Source of the DNA: a virus
Lineage: Duplodnaviria > Heunggongvirae > Uroviricota > Caudoviricetes
Reading direction: 5' to 3' (one strand)
IMG/VR virus record: IMGVR_UViG_3300029702_000002
DNA: 64,000 nt
Shown here one piece after another: positions 39,235 to 49,649 of this stretch; within the stretch, counting starts at the first letter, position 1; every line of letters begins with the position of its first letter. A program made the position numbers and the translations under genes. The notes under the pieces are model-generated. The model ran no database searches. It had not been told where the DNA came from and worked only from the letters and a program-made list of their open reading frames with translations.

Positions 39235-40110
39235 TTAAATTTTTACATTGGTCAGTGCAGCGATAGCCTTATCGTGCTTATTCGCCAGAGAGCAGTACCA
39301 CTTCACACGGGTACGTACTGCGTCTTTGTTCTGTACAGTACCAATGTTTTCAACAACGATACCTGCGTTGTCGCCGCCATACAGACCAGTAACGCCGTTC
39401 TCTTCTGACAGATGCAGGCAGTAGATGCTTGCTTTGCCAGAATCGGTCGGGATGAAGTCGTTGATGATGAACGGAACGCCGTTATGACACAGCATCGGAC
39501 GACCGAAGTTCTCCATCATGATTTCAGACGGACCTACGTTTACTGTACGCAGCAGCGCACGGTAAGCACGCAGGTGCTCTGAACGCATCATGATGCAGTC
39601 AGCACCAAGATCTTTCACCGCATCGACCAGTTCGTCGAACATAGAGAAAGTCATAGATGCACCGGCGATATCGATCTTCTGATCTGCGTGCATCAGGCGT
39701 GGAATGCCGTCAAACGCCTTGTTGTTGGAGCTGGAGTCACCCAAAATCAGGTTGCGACGGAACGCACGAGCCAGACCTTTAACTTTCTGACGAACCTGAA
39801 TAGCCAACTGGTTGTTGGTGTCGGCCATAGTGGTCGCCAGGAATTTATCAACGTCTACGTCACCAGCCAGAATACGCAGTTTCGCAACGCATTCTTCGAA
39901 GGTTGCTGCACCTTCAGGGATGGTGTCGTTAACGTCGATGAAGGTAGCTTCACTCAGCGTTTTTTCACGGTTGTACAGATATGCCTTTGAATTAATTTTC
40001 ATAAAAGGCAGGATGGCAAACAGGTCATCGCGATCGATGATAGTTTCGATCACACCCTGTTCAAGTTCGTTGTTAGACAGCTTTTCAGCTTCTTCACGCA
40101 GTAATGGCAT
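39235..40110 (-). CDS. Major capsid protein
   Basis: 291-aa ORF after scaffold-like gene and before decoration protein; strong codon bias. Confidence 0.75.
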   Translation of the reverse strand: MPLLREEAEKLSNNELEQGVIETIIDRDDLFAILPFMKINSKAYLYNREKTLSEATFIDVNDTIPEGAATFEECVAKLRILAGDVDVDKFLATTMADTNNQLAIQVRQKVKGLARAFRRNLILGDSSSNNKAFDGIPRLMHADQKIDIAGASMTFSMFDELVDAVKDLGADCIMMRSEHLRAYRALLRTVNVGPSEIMMENFGRPMLCHNGVPFIINDFIPTDSGKASIYCLHLSEENGVTGLYGGDNAGIVVENIGTVQNKDAVRTRVKWYCSLANKHDKAIAALTNVKI

Positions 40111-40135
40111 CTATCAATTCCCTTTGATTTAGATG

Positions 40136-41023
40136 TTACTTAAGTCCAATTTTCCCCAGACCGGAGGCCAACTTATCCATAGTCGACTTGTTCTTCGGTT
40201 GGGATATTGTGTAGGTCGATTTGGAATGTGAGCCTACACCCTGCTTGGCTTCGCTACGCATCAATGCGTCAGCTTCCGGATCTGCCCGCACAATGCGTTC
40301 AATCGCGGATTCAAACGGCAACGGCTTACCTTCACCGTCAACCAGAACAGCTCGTTCTTTATGACCTGCCGGTTTGTCATAACCCACTACGCTACCGTCT
40401 TCACCCACTTCAAAATGAGAACCGTAGATCACGCGGGCTTTTGCCGGGGTCATCAGAACTTTGTCACGTAGGAAGAGAGAGTTACTGAAGGAAGCGCCCA
40501 CGGTCATCTCGACTAATTGAGATTTCAGTGATGCGTTTTCACTTTCCAGTGCTGCATAACGTTCGTCACGCTGTGCCAGCTCTGCCTGGTGTGCTTCGAT
40601 CATCTGTTTTTTAACAGCATCGAACTCACCACGACGCTCCAGTTCAGCTTGCTCCGCCTCACGACGTGCGTTTTCTGCGGCCTGTTCAGCTTCTAAAAGC
40701 TGGCGAGCACGAGCCGGATCGATATCACCGTACTGAGCAAGCTGATCGGCCAATGTGCGCTCTTTCTCTTTGCGCTTCATGTTCTCCTTCAGCAGTTCAG
40801 CACCAGCTTTCTTGGTTTTACGAAGTTCGGCCAGTAACTCTTCCTGAGTCATGCCAGCGTATTCGTCATCGCCCTTCGGCTGCTCTTTTTGTTCACCCTG
40901 TTTGTCAGGATCTTGTGTACTCTGCTCATTATCAGCAGCTACACCGCCAGCGCCTCCACGCTCATGCGCTTCAGCGACATCCATCAGACCACGACGGGCC
41001 AAAAGCATTTGCCACAGATTCAT
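40136..41023 (-). CDS. Scaffolding protein
   Basis: Charged, E/Q/A-rich coiled-coil-type 295-aa ORF between portal and capsid genes. Confidence 0.6.
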   Translation of the reverse strand: MNLWQMLLARRGLMDVAEAHERGGAGGVAADNEQSTQDPDKQGEQKEQPKGDDEYAGMTQEELLAELRKTKKAGAELLKENMKRKEKERTLADQLAQYGDIDPARARQLLEAEQAAENARREAEQAELERRGEFDAVKKQMIEAHQAELAQRDERYAALESENASLKSQLVEMTVGASFSNSLFLRDKVLMTPAKARVIYGSHFEVGEDGSVVGYDKPAGHKERAVLVDGEGKPLPFESAIERIVRADPEADALMRSEAKQGVGSHSKSTYTISQPKNKSTMDKLASGLGKIGLK

Positions 41024-41044
41024 AAAAATTCCTTTTGTTACTTA

Positions 41045-42619
41045 TCACTCGTTCTCTTGAGTAGATGAGTCCCCATTCCCTCGGGGTTGATCTTGCCCGC
41101 TTTCTTGGGCTGCACCACGATCATAAGTAAGTACTGACTTATTTTCAAGGGTATTTAGATCATTTTTTGGAGGAAAATTCAAGAGATCTTTATCAAATTC
41201 CTTTTTCATCGCCTCAGTAATGTTCGGGAAAATCTTCTCAATAAGCATTTCCATCTGGTGACGACGTACAGAGTCCGGTGCCTGAAGTAATGACAGTTTC
41301 TCGGCAACAGAAAATTCATCAGTAAGGCCACGAATATCGAAACTTTCTGGATACGCAATTAAAGAGTGGTCTTCGTCCAGATCTACCCCCATCCATTTCG
41401 CAACCAGTAGCATGATTTGGCGTTCAGCCCTTTCCAGACGCTCTGCTTTTGTGACAAGCAAGCTATTTACACGCTGGAAGTCATACATTTTTGCGGCACC
41501 AGATGAATTATCGATTCCCTGTGCGTTGTCCTGCTTCGTTCGCTCACCAGCTACACCAACTGAATGGTAGATTTCGTTAATCACCGTCTTAATCGTAGTG
41601 ATGATCATCTGAGCTTGTTTCGGGTCTGGTGACAGATAAAACGGCTGGTTTCCACCTTCAGAATCGTAGGTGAAGACTCGCTTTGTGCCCATTTCAAGCA
41701 CTTTAGTGTGGTTTTCATCACCAGGTAAAAGCGACTGTACCGGTATAGCCAACTGGCTAAATGTCTGATCCTGAATAATGGCATCAAGGTTTGACAGATA
41801 GTTTGCAACCGCACGATCAAGATAAGCGATATCATCGATCAACGATGGGCTGAAATACGGTGATTCACTTTCTCCAATACAATCAACAGGAAACACAGGA
41901 ACTACGCCGAGATTATGCTCACCGCTATCCTCTAAAATAACTTTTGCCTGACGGCGACCTGCTCCACCAGCGCCCTTCTTCACTTCCTCACGGAACAGAT
42001 ACCACTCGTTTTGTGTCCACAGACGATAACGTTGGTATTCCTGACCTGTAGAAGTAAAAGGATCTGCGTCATCACGAGCGACTTCCACAATTAACGCCCA
42101 CAACATATTCCCGTCGTCGTCCCATGCCACATCCAGCATTTGCTGAGGTGAAATCCAGTAGGCGTAGGCGCGAGCATCTTTCTTTTTCTCGTCAGCTACT
42201 GACTCAACATCACCACTCATCGTGCTATCGACAACAACCCATATGCGACCGTAAATAGACGACTGCAAATCAATAGCGGCCATAAATGAGTCAATAGAGG
42301 CATTCTGGCGAGTCGCACGTTTCCAGAAATTGCGGATCTGCTCTGGTGCCTCTTCGATATTTCTATGAATGTCTTCTTTAAAGAGATATTTGTTGATGAG
42401 GTTTACCACCTCACGAGTGTGGTTGAAGCGATAAGCACGCTCAACTCGCTCCTTAAACTCCTGATCTCCCTCTTTAAAGTAACGAAAGATATTGTCTGTA
42501 AACCAACCACGCCCGCCAGCGTAAGTGCTGGCGAGGAAGTCCCAATGTTCTTTTTTCTTTTCGTATTCCGGGTGGCGTCGCGCCACCAGATCCTTAATTT
42601 GTTTGTCGTTCAATTCCAT
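41045..42619 (-). CDS. Portal protein
   Basis: 524-aa ORF directly after large terminase. Confidence 0.8.
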   Translation of the reverse strand: MELNDKQIKDLVARRHPEYEKKKEHWDFLASTYAGGRGWFTDNIFRYFKEGDQEFKERVERAYRFNHTREVVNLINKYLFKEDIHRNIEEAPEQIRNFWKRATRQNASIDSFMAAIDLQSSIYGRIWVVVDSTMSGDVESVADEKKKDARAYAYWISPQQMLDVAWDDDGNMLWALIVEVARDDADPFTSTGQEYQRYRLWTQNEWYLFREEVKKGAGGAGRRQAKVILEDSGEHNLGVVPVFPVDCIGESESPYFSPSLIDDIAYLDRAVANYLSNLDAIIQDQTFSQLAIPVQSLLPGDENHTKVLEMGTKRVFTYDSEGGNQPFYLSPDPKQAQMIITTIKTVINEIYHSVGVAGERTKQDNAQGIDNSSGAAKMYDFQRVNSLLVTKAERLERAERQIMLLVAKWMGVDLDEDHSLIAYPESFDIRGLTDEFSVAEKLSLLQAPDSVRRHQMEMLIEKIFPNITEAMKKEFDKDLLNFPPKNDLNTLENKSVLTYDRGAAQESGQDQPRGNGDSSTQENE

Positions 42620-42645
42620 TTGAATAACCTTAGATAATTACTTAC

Positions 42646-43902
42646 CTATCGAGAACCACCAAGAATAACACGGTTTTTGACTGGATACCTACGATGTACT
42701 GGATAGCCCAATGCGTCTGCACTATGCTCAATGCCACCTGTCTTATCCATATCTCGTGTTCCAGGCTTGTAGATGACTTTTTCCAGTGAATCAATCAAAT
42801 GCTTGCACTTCGGATCGATATACAACCGGATATCTCCAGATGCGGTCATCAGCATTCGGTTAACAGCATTAACACGATCCGCAATTGGCGGGTGCTTTTT
42901 CGAATAATCGACACGTAAGAATCCCTTCTCTTTGAATATGTCGACGTCAGACTCCCCGCGAGCATGTTGGCGATAAGCACCTGCCGGATCTGGAAATACC
43001 GTTATCTGTGATTTCCAGCGCCAGAAGCGTCTCTCAAGCTCATCACAAACCTCTGCCGTGTTAGAGGAAAAGAGCACCAATTCATCAATTGCCCATAGCT
43101 CACCATTTGGCTGAGGTTGCAAAATTACTGAAGACATCGGGTCAATGTTGAAGTCCTGCCCTACCCATATAGGCAACCGAGGGTTGAACTGAAGCGGTTT
43201 TACATGCACGTTACGATCGAACGGGTAGTAAACGCGCCCGGACATGTTCTCAAAGCTCGCCAGGTACTCCTGAGCGAACGATTTCGGGTCCATATCGTTC
43301 TTAGCAGCTTCAATTTCCGCCGTAGGCACAAACGGAGAATCGGCAGTTACAAACTGCCAGCTCTTCCACTGTCCCTTTCTTTGCAGCTCTACGTTCTGGC
43401 CTATAGTCCACAGTTTGTGAAATTCCGAGAAACCTTTTGGCGTACCAATGATCAGTGCACCGCCGCGTGTCGATGAAAGAGTAGGTCGTAACACCTTGTA
43501 CCAGGTGTCAGCCTTCATATCCTGAAATTCATCAAGCACTACAAAATGCAACGCTACGCCGCGCAGAGTGTCAGGCTTATCAGCACCTTTGAGGGCGATC
43601 TCCGAACCGTTCTTCAACACGATTGTCATCGTGGTGTCGTTCTTTTTCCTAACCCACTTACGAGGCAGAACTTCCTGTAGATCGTCCCACAAAATCTGGC
43701 GAGCCATCTGGTAAGTAGGAGCGACATACCAGACCCTTTGCTTTTTTTCCTTTGCCGCCGCACGAATAATAGTGGAGATCGACAACCGGGATTTTCCCCA
43801 GCGTCGACCAGCACAAACAACTTTAAATCGATGCGGAGACTGGAAGACTTTCATCTGTCCAGAATGCAGTTGCACAAGACTGAGCGAGGACGGGATTGCC
43901 AT
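42646..43902 (-). CDS. Terminase large subunit
   Basis: N-terminal Walker A VVCAGRRWGKS, ATPase + nuclease two-domain size, overlaps terS stop. Confidence 0.9.
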   Translation of the reverse strand: MAIPSSLSLVQLHSGQMKVFQSPHRFKVVCAGRRWGKSRLSISTIIRAAAKEKKQRVWYVAPTYQMARQILWDDLQEVLPRKWVRKKNDTTMTIVLKNGSEIALKGADKPDTLRGVALHFVVLDEFQDMKADTWYKVLRPTLSSTRGGALIIGTPKGFSEFHKLWTIGQNVELQRKGQWKSWQFVTADSPFVPTAEIEAAKNDMDPKSFAQEYLASFENMSGRVYYPFDRNVHVKPLQFNPRLPIWVGQDFNIDPMSSVILQPQPNGELWAIDELVLFSSNTAEVCDELERRFWRWKSQITVFPDPAGAYRQHARGESDVDIFKEKGFLRVDYSKKHPPIADRVNAVNRMLMTASGDIRLYIDPKCKHLIDSLEKVIYKPGTRDMDKTGGIEHSADALGYPVHRRYPVKNRVILGGSR

Positions 43903-44534
43903 TATTCGTCCTCCCCTTCACTTCCATCATCTGTCGCATCAAATTCGCTTAGAGCTTCTTCTTCCAACGTCTCAAGCAATTCGTCATCGATGATTTCAGG
44001 CTCGTCGTCTTCCTGACGTAATTTCGCCACCTGGGAAGGCGTAAGCTCACCAAATACCAGGTTCGGAATTTCTTCCTCGTCATTTTCCGCATGATCCATG
44101 CCCAATGCTTTGGACGAAACTTCAAAGCATTTTGCAAGGGTATTACTGGCTCTCTGTAAGCTCTTGAGAGAATCCTCAATCGCCCCTAAAGGCTTACCCT
44201 CACGTTTGGCCGTAGTGACTTCGACCATCACCATCTGCCCCAACGCATACGCCCAGCCGTCATAACGTGTACGACGTTCTTCTATCTTTTCCGCACGGGC
44301 TTTAGCGCGAAGCTCTGCGTCAGATTTAAGAGACTCACGAACCATCTTCCCAACAGAGTCCGCGCCTTTCTCTAATCCTCGCTTTTTGAAATGTCTGGAG
44401 AGTGTTTCACGACGAATGCCGTACTCTTCCTCCAGCTTTGAGAGTGTATATTCGCCTGACGTCCATTTGGCTTCAGCTTCGGCCCACTCCGCTGGTGTCA
44501 GGCGAGTTTTTACCTCGTCTTTTTCGACCGTCAT
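43902..44534 (-). CDS. Terminase small subunit
   Basis: N-terminal HTH-like region, acidic C-terminal tail, immediately upstream of terL. Confidence 0.7.
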   Translation of the reverse strand: MTVEKDEVKTRLTPAEWAEAEAKWTSGEYTLSKLEEEYGIRRETLSRHFKKRGLEKGADSVGKMVRESLKSDAELRAKARAEKIEERRTRYDGWAYALGQMVMVEVTTAKREGKPLGAIEDSLKSLQRASNTLAKCFEVSSKALGMDHAENDEEEIPNLVFGELTPSQVAKLRQEDDEPEIIDDELLETLEEEALSEFDATDDGSEGEDE

Positions 44535-44651
44535 AGATCCCTCTAAAACACACAGAGCGCGTCCATGCGCTCTAAAACAACTTGTTTACTGCATTTTCTA
44601 ACCAACTTGTTTTCTGGGTTGTTTAATTAGGTCTGGGCATGTCTTATTAAG

Positions 44652-44706
44652 CCTGCTTCCGTATATATTTAATAAGTTACTTATTATTTATATATACAGA
44701 AGCAGG
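44652..44706. repeat. 55-bp AT-rich near-palindrome, copy 2 (identical to 13356-13410), about 120 bp upstream of terS
   Basis: Exact 55/55 identity to copy 1. Confidence 0.9.
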
Positions 44707-44730
44707 TCTTTAAATAAGCTCCCAGACCGA

Positions 44731-44997
44731 TTACATCACCAGTAACTTCGCTTTGGCTCGACCTAAAGTGGTTAACCCAAGAGTTCGGCGGTGATAGCGA
44801 TTGTCACTGCGTTGGCGCGTATGCCCTTTCTCCACAAGCCCCTTTTTTATCAGAGCGCGAATTGAGAACTGGATACTTTGCTTGGTTGTCTTGTACGGCA
44901 AAACTTCAAGCAATTCGTCCAGATCAAGTAGATGACCTCGCTCATAACCGAGATTGAGCGTTTTGATGATGTCCTTTTGTTTATCGGTTAACGTCAT
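44731..44997 (-). CDS. Small putative DNA-binding protein (88 aa)
   Basis: AAGGA site; basic C-terminus; last gene of ParB/ATPase/GNAT operon. Confidence 0.45.
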   Translation of the reverse strand: MTLTDKQKDIIKTLNLGYERGHLLDLDELLEVLPYKTTKQSIQFSIRALIKKGLVEKGHTRQRSDNRYHRRTLGLTTLGRAKAKLLVM

Positions 44998-45006
44998 GGC
45001 AAATCC

Positions 45007-45897
45007 TTATGCCGGTAAAGCAATTTCTAACGGTTTATCCAAAGGTTGTTTGTCGAATGCCAGCAGTGGCAGCGTGTCAGGCAGTCGACGACCAAAGTCA
45101 GGGTTTCGATACACCCCATACAACGGAGACGTAAAGCTCAGGTTGTGAATGTCCTTGAGCAACTTCACAATGCTGGCCTCGTCCACCAGACTGTCGGCAA
45201 TGTCCTGAATCGTCGTGCCACGATTCCGCCCAGCTTTTGCCAGGGAACTGTTCTTATGGTAGTCCGCCACCAGATCACGCAGTGCACGGCGACGACGAGA
45301 CTCGCTCATTGCGAACAACTCTTTGACGATCGCCTCGTTATCACCCGGGTCGGAACGAAAATGGCGCTGGAATACACGCAGTGCACTTTCATAGCTCTTC
45401 GGTCGCTCAGGGCGGATGAACTTAAACCCTGCTTTCATGGCGAAGGGATTGTATTTGCTCATCGAGGACTGGATCTCAATGATTGGCCGGTCATGCATCC
45501 TGCTAACCAGGTTAATCATTCGATAAGAGACGCCTACGCCACGATACTGAGTATCCACAACTGAGCGACTGATCACCGCAAAGTTGTTATTCACGTACCG
45601 ACCCCAGTACTGGTTAGCCACGGTGGTATTAGTGGTTGGTTTCAACTTAGGAAACATGCGGTGGCGAGGTGCCAACAGTAGTTTCGGGTAAGCCATAACC
45701 ACGACGCCCACCAGACGGTCATCAAGTTCGCAGCGATAGTAAGTTGGCGCGAAAGGTTTGCCGTCTGTTTTGTAGTGAAGCGACTTAAGAGCGTGCCAGT
45801 CCTCTACAGTTCCCTTTGTAACAGTCATTCGCTCCAGAAAGTCCAGATGACGCGGAAACTCTTCAGGGCGGTAGCGTTTAATGATGATGTCCGTCAT
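45007..45897 (-). CDS. GNAT-like acetyltransferase-fold protein with C-terminal extension (296 aa)
   Basis: VVDTQYRGVGVSYRMI resembles GNAT motif A (Q/R-x-x-G-x-G/A); 4-nt overlap with upstream ATPase. Confidence 0.45.
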   Translation of the reverse strand: MTDIIIKRYRPEEFPRHLDFLERMTVTKGTVEDWHALKSLHYKTDGKPFAPTYYRCELDDRLVGVVVMAYPKLLLAPRHRMFPKLKPTTNTTVANQYWGRYVNNNFAVISRSVVDTQYRGVGVSYRMINLVSRMHDRPIIEIQSSMSKYNPFAMKAGFKFIRPERPKSYESALRVFQRHFRSDPGDNEAIVKELFAMSESRRRRALRDLVADYHKNSSLAKAGRNRGTTIQDIADSLVDEASIVKLLKDIHNLSFTSPLYGVYRNPDFGRRLPDTLPLLAFDKQPLDKPLEIALPA

Positions 45898-46559
45898 GAA
45901 TGGACCTCATCATGACTACCATTGTGATATTCCACCTTCACGCGTTCTTTGTAGTGCTTGGTGATCTGCATATCCGGGCGCAGCGCGTTCTTCAGGTCTT
46001 CGTGAGTCGTCGCCACCATTACCGTCGCACCAACCTTTCGCGCGGCACGCTGGAGGTTAGACGCCACAACCTGAGCGGTTACACGGTCGAGAACAGCGCC
46101 GAACTCGTCAGCAGCCCACACTTTAGCGCCTGACTCAATCAGTTTGGCAATCTTGAGACGATATTTCTGGCCGTCTGACATTTCAGAAGGCTTGCGAACA
46201 AACAGATATGCATCGTTCAGACCAGCCATAGATAACAACCCAAGCGCATCACTGGTCGTTTTGCCCAACTGATCGATGACGTTAACCTCATTATCGAAGG
46301 TAAAATCATCGATGGAGGCTACAGACAGCCCTTCATCCTTCATCTGTCGTTGCAACTCGCGCAGCACAACGGATTTGCCGGAACCGGATTGGCCGGTGAT
46401 GTACACCACATCGCCCTGCTTCACTTCCAGCTCCAGATTGTCGTAAAGCGTCCACTCTTTTTCGTCCAGGCCAAGCCCGAACGACTCAGCGATTTCCAAC
46501 GTGCGCGTGGTTTTATTTACGCGTGTCTGAAACGATATGTTGATGATGTATTTGCTCAT
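45894..46559 (-). CDS. ABC-type ATPase (single nucleotide-binding domain, 221 aa)
   Basis: Walker A GQSGSGKS, signature-like MSDGQKYR, Walker B VWAADEF, H-loop TTHE. Confidence 0.7.
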   Translation of the reverse strand: MSKYIINISFQTRVNKTTRTLEIAESFGLGLDEKEWTLYDNLELEVKQGDVVYITGQSGSGKSVVLRELQRQMKDEGLSVASIDDFTFDNEVNVIDQLGKTTSDALGLLSMAGLNDAYLFVRKPSEMSDGQKYRLKIAKLIESGAKVWAADEFGAVLDRVTAQVVASNLQRAARKVGATVMVATTHEDLKNALRPDMQITKHYKERVKVEYHNGSHDEVHS

Positions 46560-47224
46560 GCAGCCATCTCCCCGGAAGAGATCTTCTCCGCATATGCCAC
46601 AAATGCGTCTACCCCGCTTTCTCCCGTCATTTCTTCCATATGGGCAAGCAAATCACCAACAACAATGGCAGAGCCAGCAGGGAGCGTTTTAAAGCCCAAT
46701 ACGTCGACAACACGTACTTCTTCCGCTGCAACTTCACGACTGATCTCGGTGTGTTCATCCTTCTGTCGTTTAGTTTCTTCGCCAAGATCGATAACTAGCG
46801 AGTCGGTGTCCATTTCTTCTGTCATACTGCCAACGAGAACATTCAACTCACGCTCTTCAAAGCCGAAAACCTCGATATCGTCCAGAACAAGCGACTCAAG
46901 CTCTTTCTGTAGCTTAATTGCATCGTAATCAATGCTGGCAAGTCGGTTATCTTCAAGGCGCTTCGCACGAACCTCGTCATCACTGAGATCATCGCGAACA
47001 ATAACCGGTACGCGCTCAAGTCCAGCAAAAATTGCAGCCTCACGGCGGCCGTGGCCAGTAATAATTACGTCGTTCTTATCGACCGTAATTGGCTGGTCAA
47101 ATCCGCGCTTTTTAATGGCTGCGGCCAGATCTCGGATCTGCTGTTCATCATGCTTTTTGGCATTCATCTCATAGGGAATAAGATCTGCCGGGTCGCGATA
47201 TACGATTTCAAACTTTTTGGTCAT
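46556..47224 (-). CDS. ParB-like nuclease domain protein
   Basis: ParB N-terminal motif ITGHGRREAA; start at ATG 47224 overlapping upstream stop. Confidence 0.65.
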   Translation of the reverse strand: MTKKFEIVYRDPADLIPYEMNAKKHDEQQIRDLAAAIKKRGFDQPITVDKNDVIITGHGRREAAIFAGLERVPVIVRDDLSDDEVRAKRLEDNRLASIDYDAIKLQKELESLVLDDIEVFGFEERELNVLVGSMTEEMDTDSLVIDLGEETKRQKDEHTEISREVAAEEVRVVDVLGFKTLPAGSAIVVGDLLAHMEEMTGESGVDAFVAYAEKISSGEMAA

Positions 47225-47922
47225 TACATACGCTCCTTGTAGTAGTCGACCAGCCACACCAGAGCCTCACCAGCGTTCTCCATTTCATTACCGGTGTTAA
47301 TAGCCTGCTCTTTGATGATGTTTTTTATGGTTTCTGCAACACGATCTGACGCATCGAAAGTTACTTTGAAGCGCATGGTCTGATGTTCCGCACCCACACG
47401 TTCGGTTTTCTCTCGTTTGTCGGTATCGACAGGCTCATCACTACCACGAGACAACGCCTCCAGTGCTTCAAGGTCGATTGCCGCCTCTTTTGCTAAAACC
47501 ATCGAGATTTCGTCGTCATACGGGGCGATTTCAGACAGTTGATAGTCAAGTTCTGACTGAATTTCTTCAATGAAGCGTTGCAATGCGATTTGGTCGTCTT
47601 CACCGTATCGCTCGTTGTCCACCAGTGACATCTGTTTAGCTACGACATCGCTAATTTTGCCCACAGAAAGCACCGGAACCGTTGAAATTCCTTGCTCAAT
47701 AGCAGCACGCCAGCGATGTTCGCCGCCGAGGATTTCAAAAAATCCATCTTCAAGTTCACGAGCCAAAATTGGCTTAAAAAAGCCCAATTTTTCGATAGAA
47801 CCTTTCAGTTTTTCAAAATTCTGCGCACCAACCGAATTGGTGTTCCAGGTATTCGGGCGAAGGTTGGCAACATCAACCTGCAAAATCGTGATTTTTACAT
47901 CCATTTTATTGCTACAATCCAC
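47224..47922 (-). CDS. ParB-like nuclease domain protein
   Basis: ParB N-terminal motif ILGGEHRWRAA. Confidence 0.65.
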   Translation of the reverse strand: MDCSNKMDVKITILQVDVANLRPNTWNTNSVGAQNFEKLKGSIEKLGFFKPILARELEDGFFEILGGEHRWRAAIEQGISTVPVLSVGKISDVVAKQMSLVDNERYGEDDQIALQRFIEEIQSELDYQLSEIAPYDDEISMVLAKEAAIDLEALEALSRGSDEPVDTDKREKTERVGAEHQTMRFKVTFDASDRVAETIKNIIKEQAINTGNEMENAGEALVWLVDYYKERM

Positions 47923-47986
47923 TAAGTAATCACTTACTTATTATAATAGCCAAATAACATACAAAAGGCACTAAGGAAAGAGGTTT

Positions 47987-49546
47987 ATGACTGTTCGGAT
48001 TGTATCTAACGCAGTTAATGCGCTTATTTCTGGCGCAGATGACAAGGTAAAGCAAATGGTGCAACAGATGTTGAGCTACGAAGTCGAGACTGGCGACTGG
48101 AAGGGCACAAGCACGATGTTCAACTGGAGTAAAAACTCGTTCCCTGCTGGCTTTGCCAAGCCTGTAGCGGCGAACTTGAACAAGGCGGGCATCAAATGTG
48201 TTCATATCCGCAAAGACAAAGCCCCGGCGCTTGGTAAACCAAATCCGGCGGTTAACCCATTCCCATACAATCCTGATTATGCGTATCAGGATCAGACTGT
48301 GGAAACACTGGTTCGAGAGGGAATGATGATTGCGCAGATCGCTACTGGTGGCGGGAAATCTAACGTTGCCTGCAAAGCAGCTGCACGTATCGGTCGAATG
48401 ACATTATTTTTAACAACCCGCTCTGTTCTGATGTTTCAAATGGCCGAAAACTTCCAGAGATCCATCGACTACCGCGCCGAAAATGGCGAACCGTGGTTAA
48501 AGGGCCAAAAGGTTGGAGTCATTGGCTCGGGTGAGTTCCAGGTATCACGACATATCAACGTCGCTACAGTTCAAACTCTGGCAAGTTTCCTTGAAGAACC
48601 ACCACGCGATGCAACACCAGATAAAAAGAGCTACCACCTCAAACGTCGGGAGTTGGTGAAACGCTTCCTTTCAAGTGTGTCTCTGCTTATTCTGGAAGAA
48701 GCGCATGAGTCTTCAGGCTCTAATTTCTATGACATTGCCAGATTATGTGTGAACGCAGACTATCGTCTGGCGCTTACAGCCACGCCGTTCATGAAGGATT
48801 CGACGGAAGCCAACATGCGCCTGATGGCGGTGGCCGGGCGAATTGAAATTAAAGTCACAGAAAAGTACCTGATTGATCGAGGCATTCTGGCAAAGCCGTA
48901 CTTCCTTTATCATAAAGTTGCCTACAAGCCAGACGAGGCCAGAATCAAGGCCGAACTTGCCAACAAACACCTCAATTTTAGAGTTGGTATGAGCACCGCC
49001 TACCAAAAGGCTTATCAGTTGGGGATCGTGTATAATTTGGGACGTAACGAGGCCATAGTGCGCGAGGCATTGCTTTATAAGCAACATTCACTCAACTGCA
49101 TGACTCTGGTTCGTCTTAAACGCCACGGGCAAATCCTGATGGAGATGATGAAGGAGTCAGGTCTTAAAGTTGATTTCATCTATGGGGAATCTAACCAGAC
49201 GACAAGGCAAGCAAAGCTGAACAGTTTAGCGTCTGGAGAAATAGATGTTTTAATAGGCTCGACTATTCTGGATGTCGGTGTTGATGTGCCAAGCGTTGGT
49301 GCGGTCATTCTTGCTGGTGGTGGGAAAGCAGAAGTTGAAATGAGGCAGCGTGTCGGTCGTGGCTTACGAGCCAAAAAAAATCAGGCAAACGTGTGTTTTA
49401 TCACTGATTTCATTGACATTAGCAACAAATACCTGTTGTCTCACTCTTATGAGCGAAAACACATCATCGACACCACACCTGGCTTTGCAGAAGGTGTATT
49501 GCCTATTGATGGAGCATTCGATTTTGGAGTTCTGAAACGAGATTAG
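47987..49546 (+). CDS. Superfamily 2 DNA helicase (DEAH box)
   Basis: Walker A ATGGGKSN, DEAH-like LILEEAHE, C-terminal helicase domain motifs. Confidence 0.8.
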   Translation: MTVRIVSNAVNALISGADDKVKQMVQQMLSYEVETGDWKGTSTMFNWSKNSFPAGFAKPVAANLNKAGIKCVHIRKDKAPALGKPNPAVNPFPYNPDYAYQDQTVETLVREGMMIAQIATGGGKSNVACKAAARIGRMTLFLTTRSVLMFQMAENFQRSIDYRAENGEPWLKGQKVGVIGSGEFQVSRHINVATVQTLASFLEEPPRDATPDKKSYHLKRRELVKRFLSSVSLLILEEAHESSGSNFYDIARLCVNADYRLALTATPFMKDSTEANMRLMAVAGRIEIKVTEKYLIDRGILAKPYFLYHKVAYKPDEARIKAELANKHLNFRVGMSTAYQKAYQLGIVYNLGRNEAIVREALLYKQHSLNCMTLVRLKRHGQILMEMMKESGLKVDFIYGESNQTTRQAKLNSLASGEIDVLIGSTILDVGVDVPSVGAVILAGGGKAEVEMRQRVGRGLRAKKNQANVCFITDFIDISNKYLLSHSYERKHIIDTTPGFAEGVLPIDGAFDFGVLKRD

Positions 49547-49649
49547 TTATGAGCGAAAAGAAAACAACTTATTGTCAGGTAGCATTGTCTGATAAGGCCA
49601 ATGACAAACTTGGAAAGTTTCAAGTGAAACTAAAAGAAAAAATATCAAA

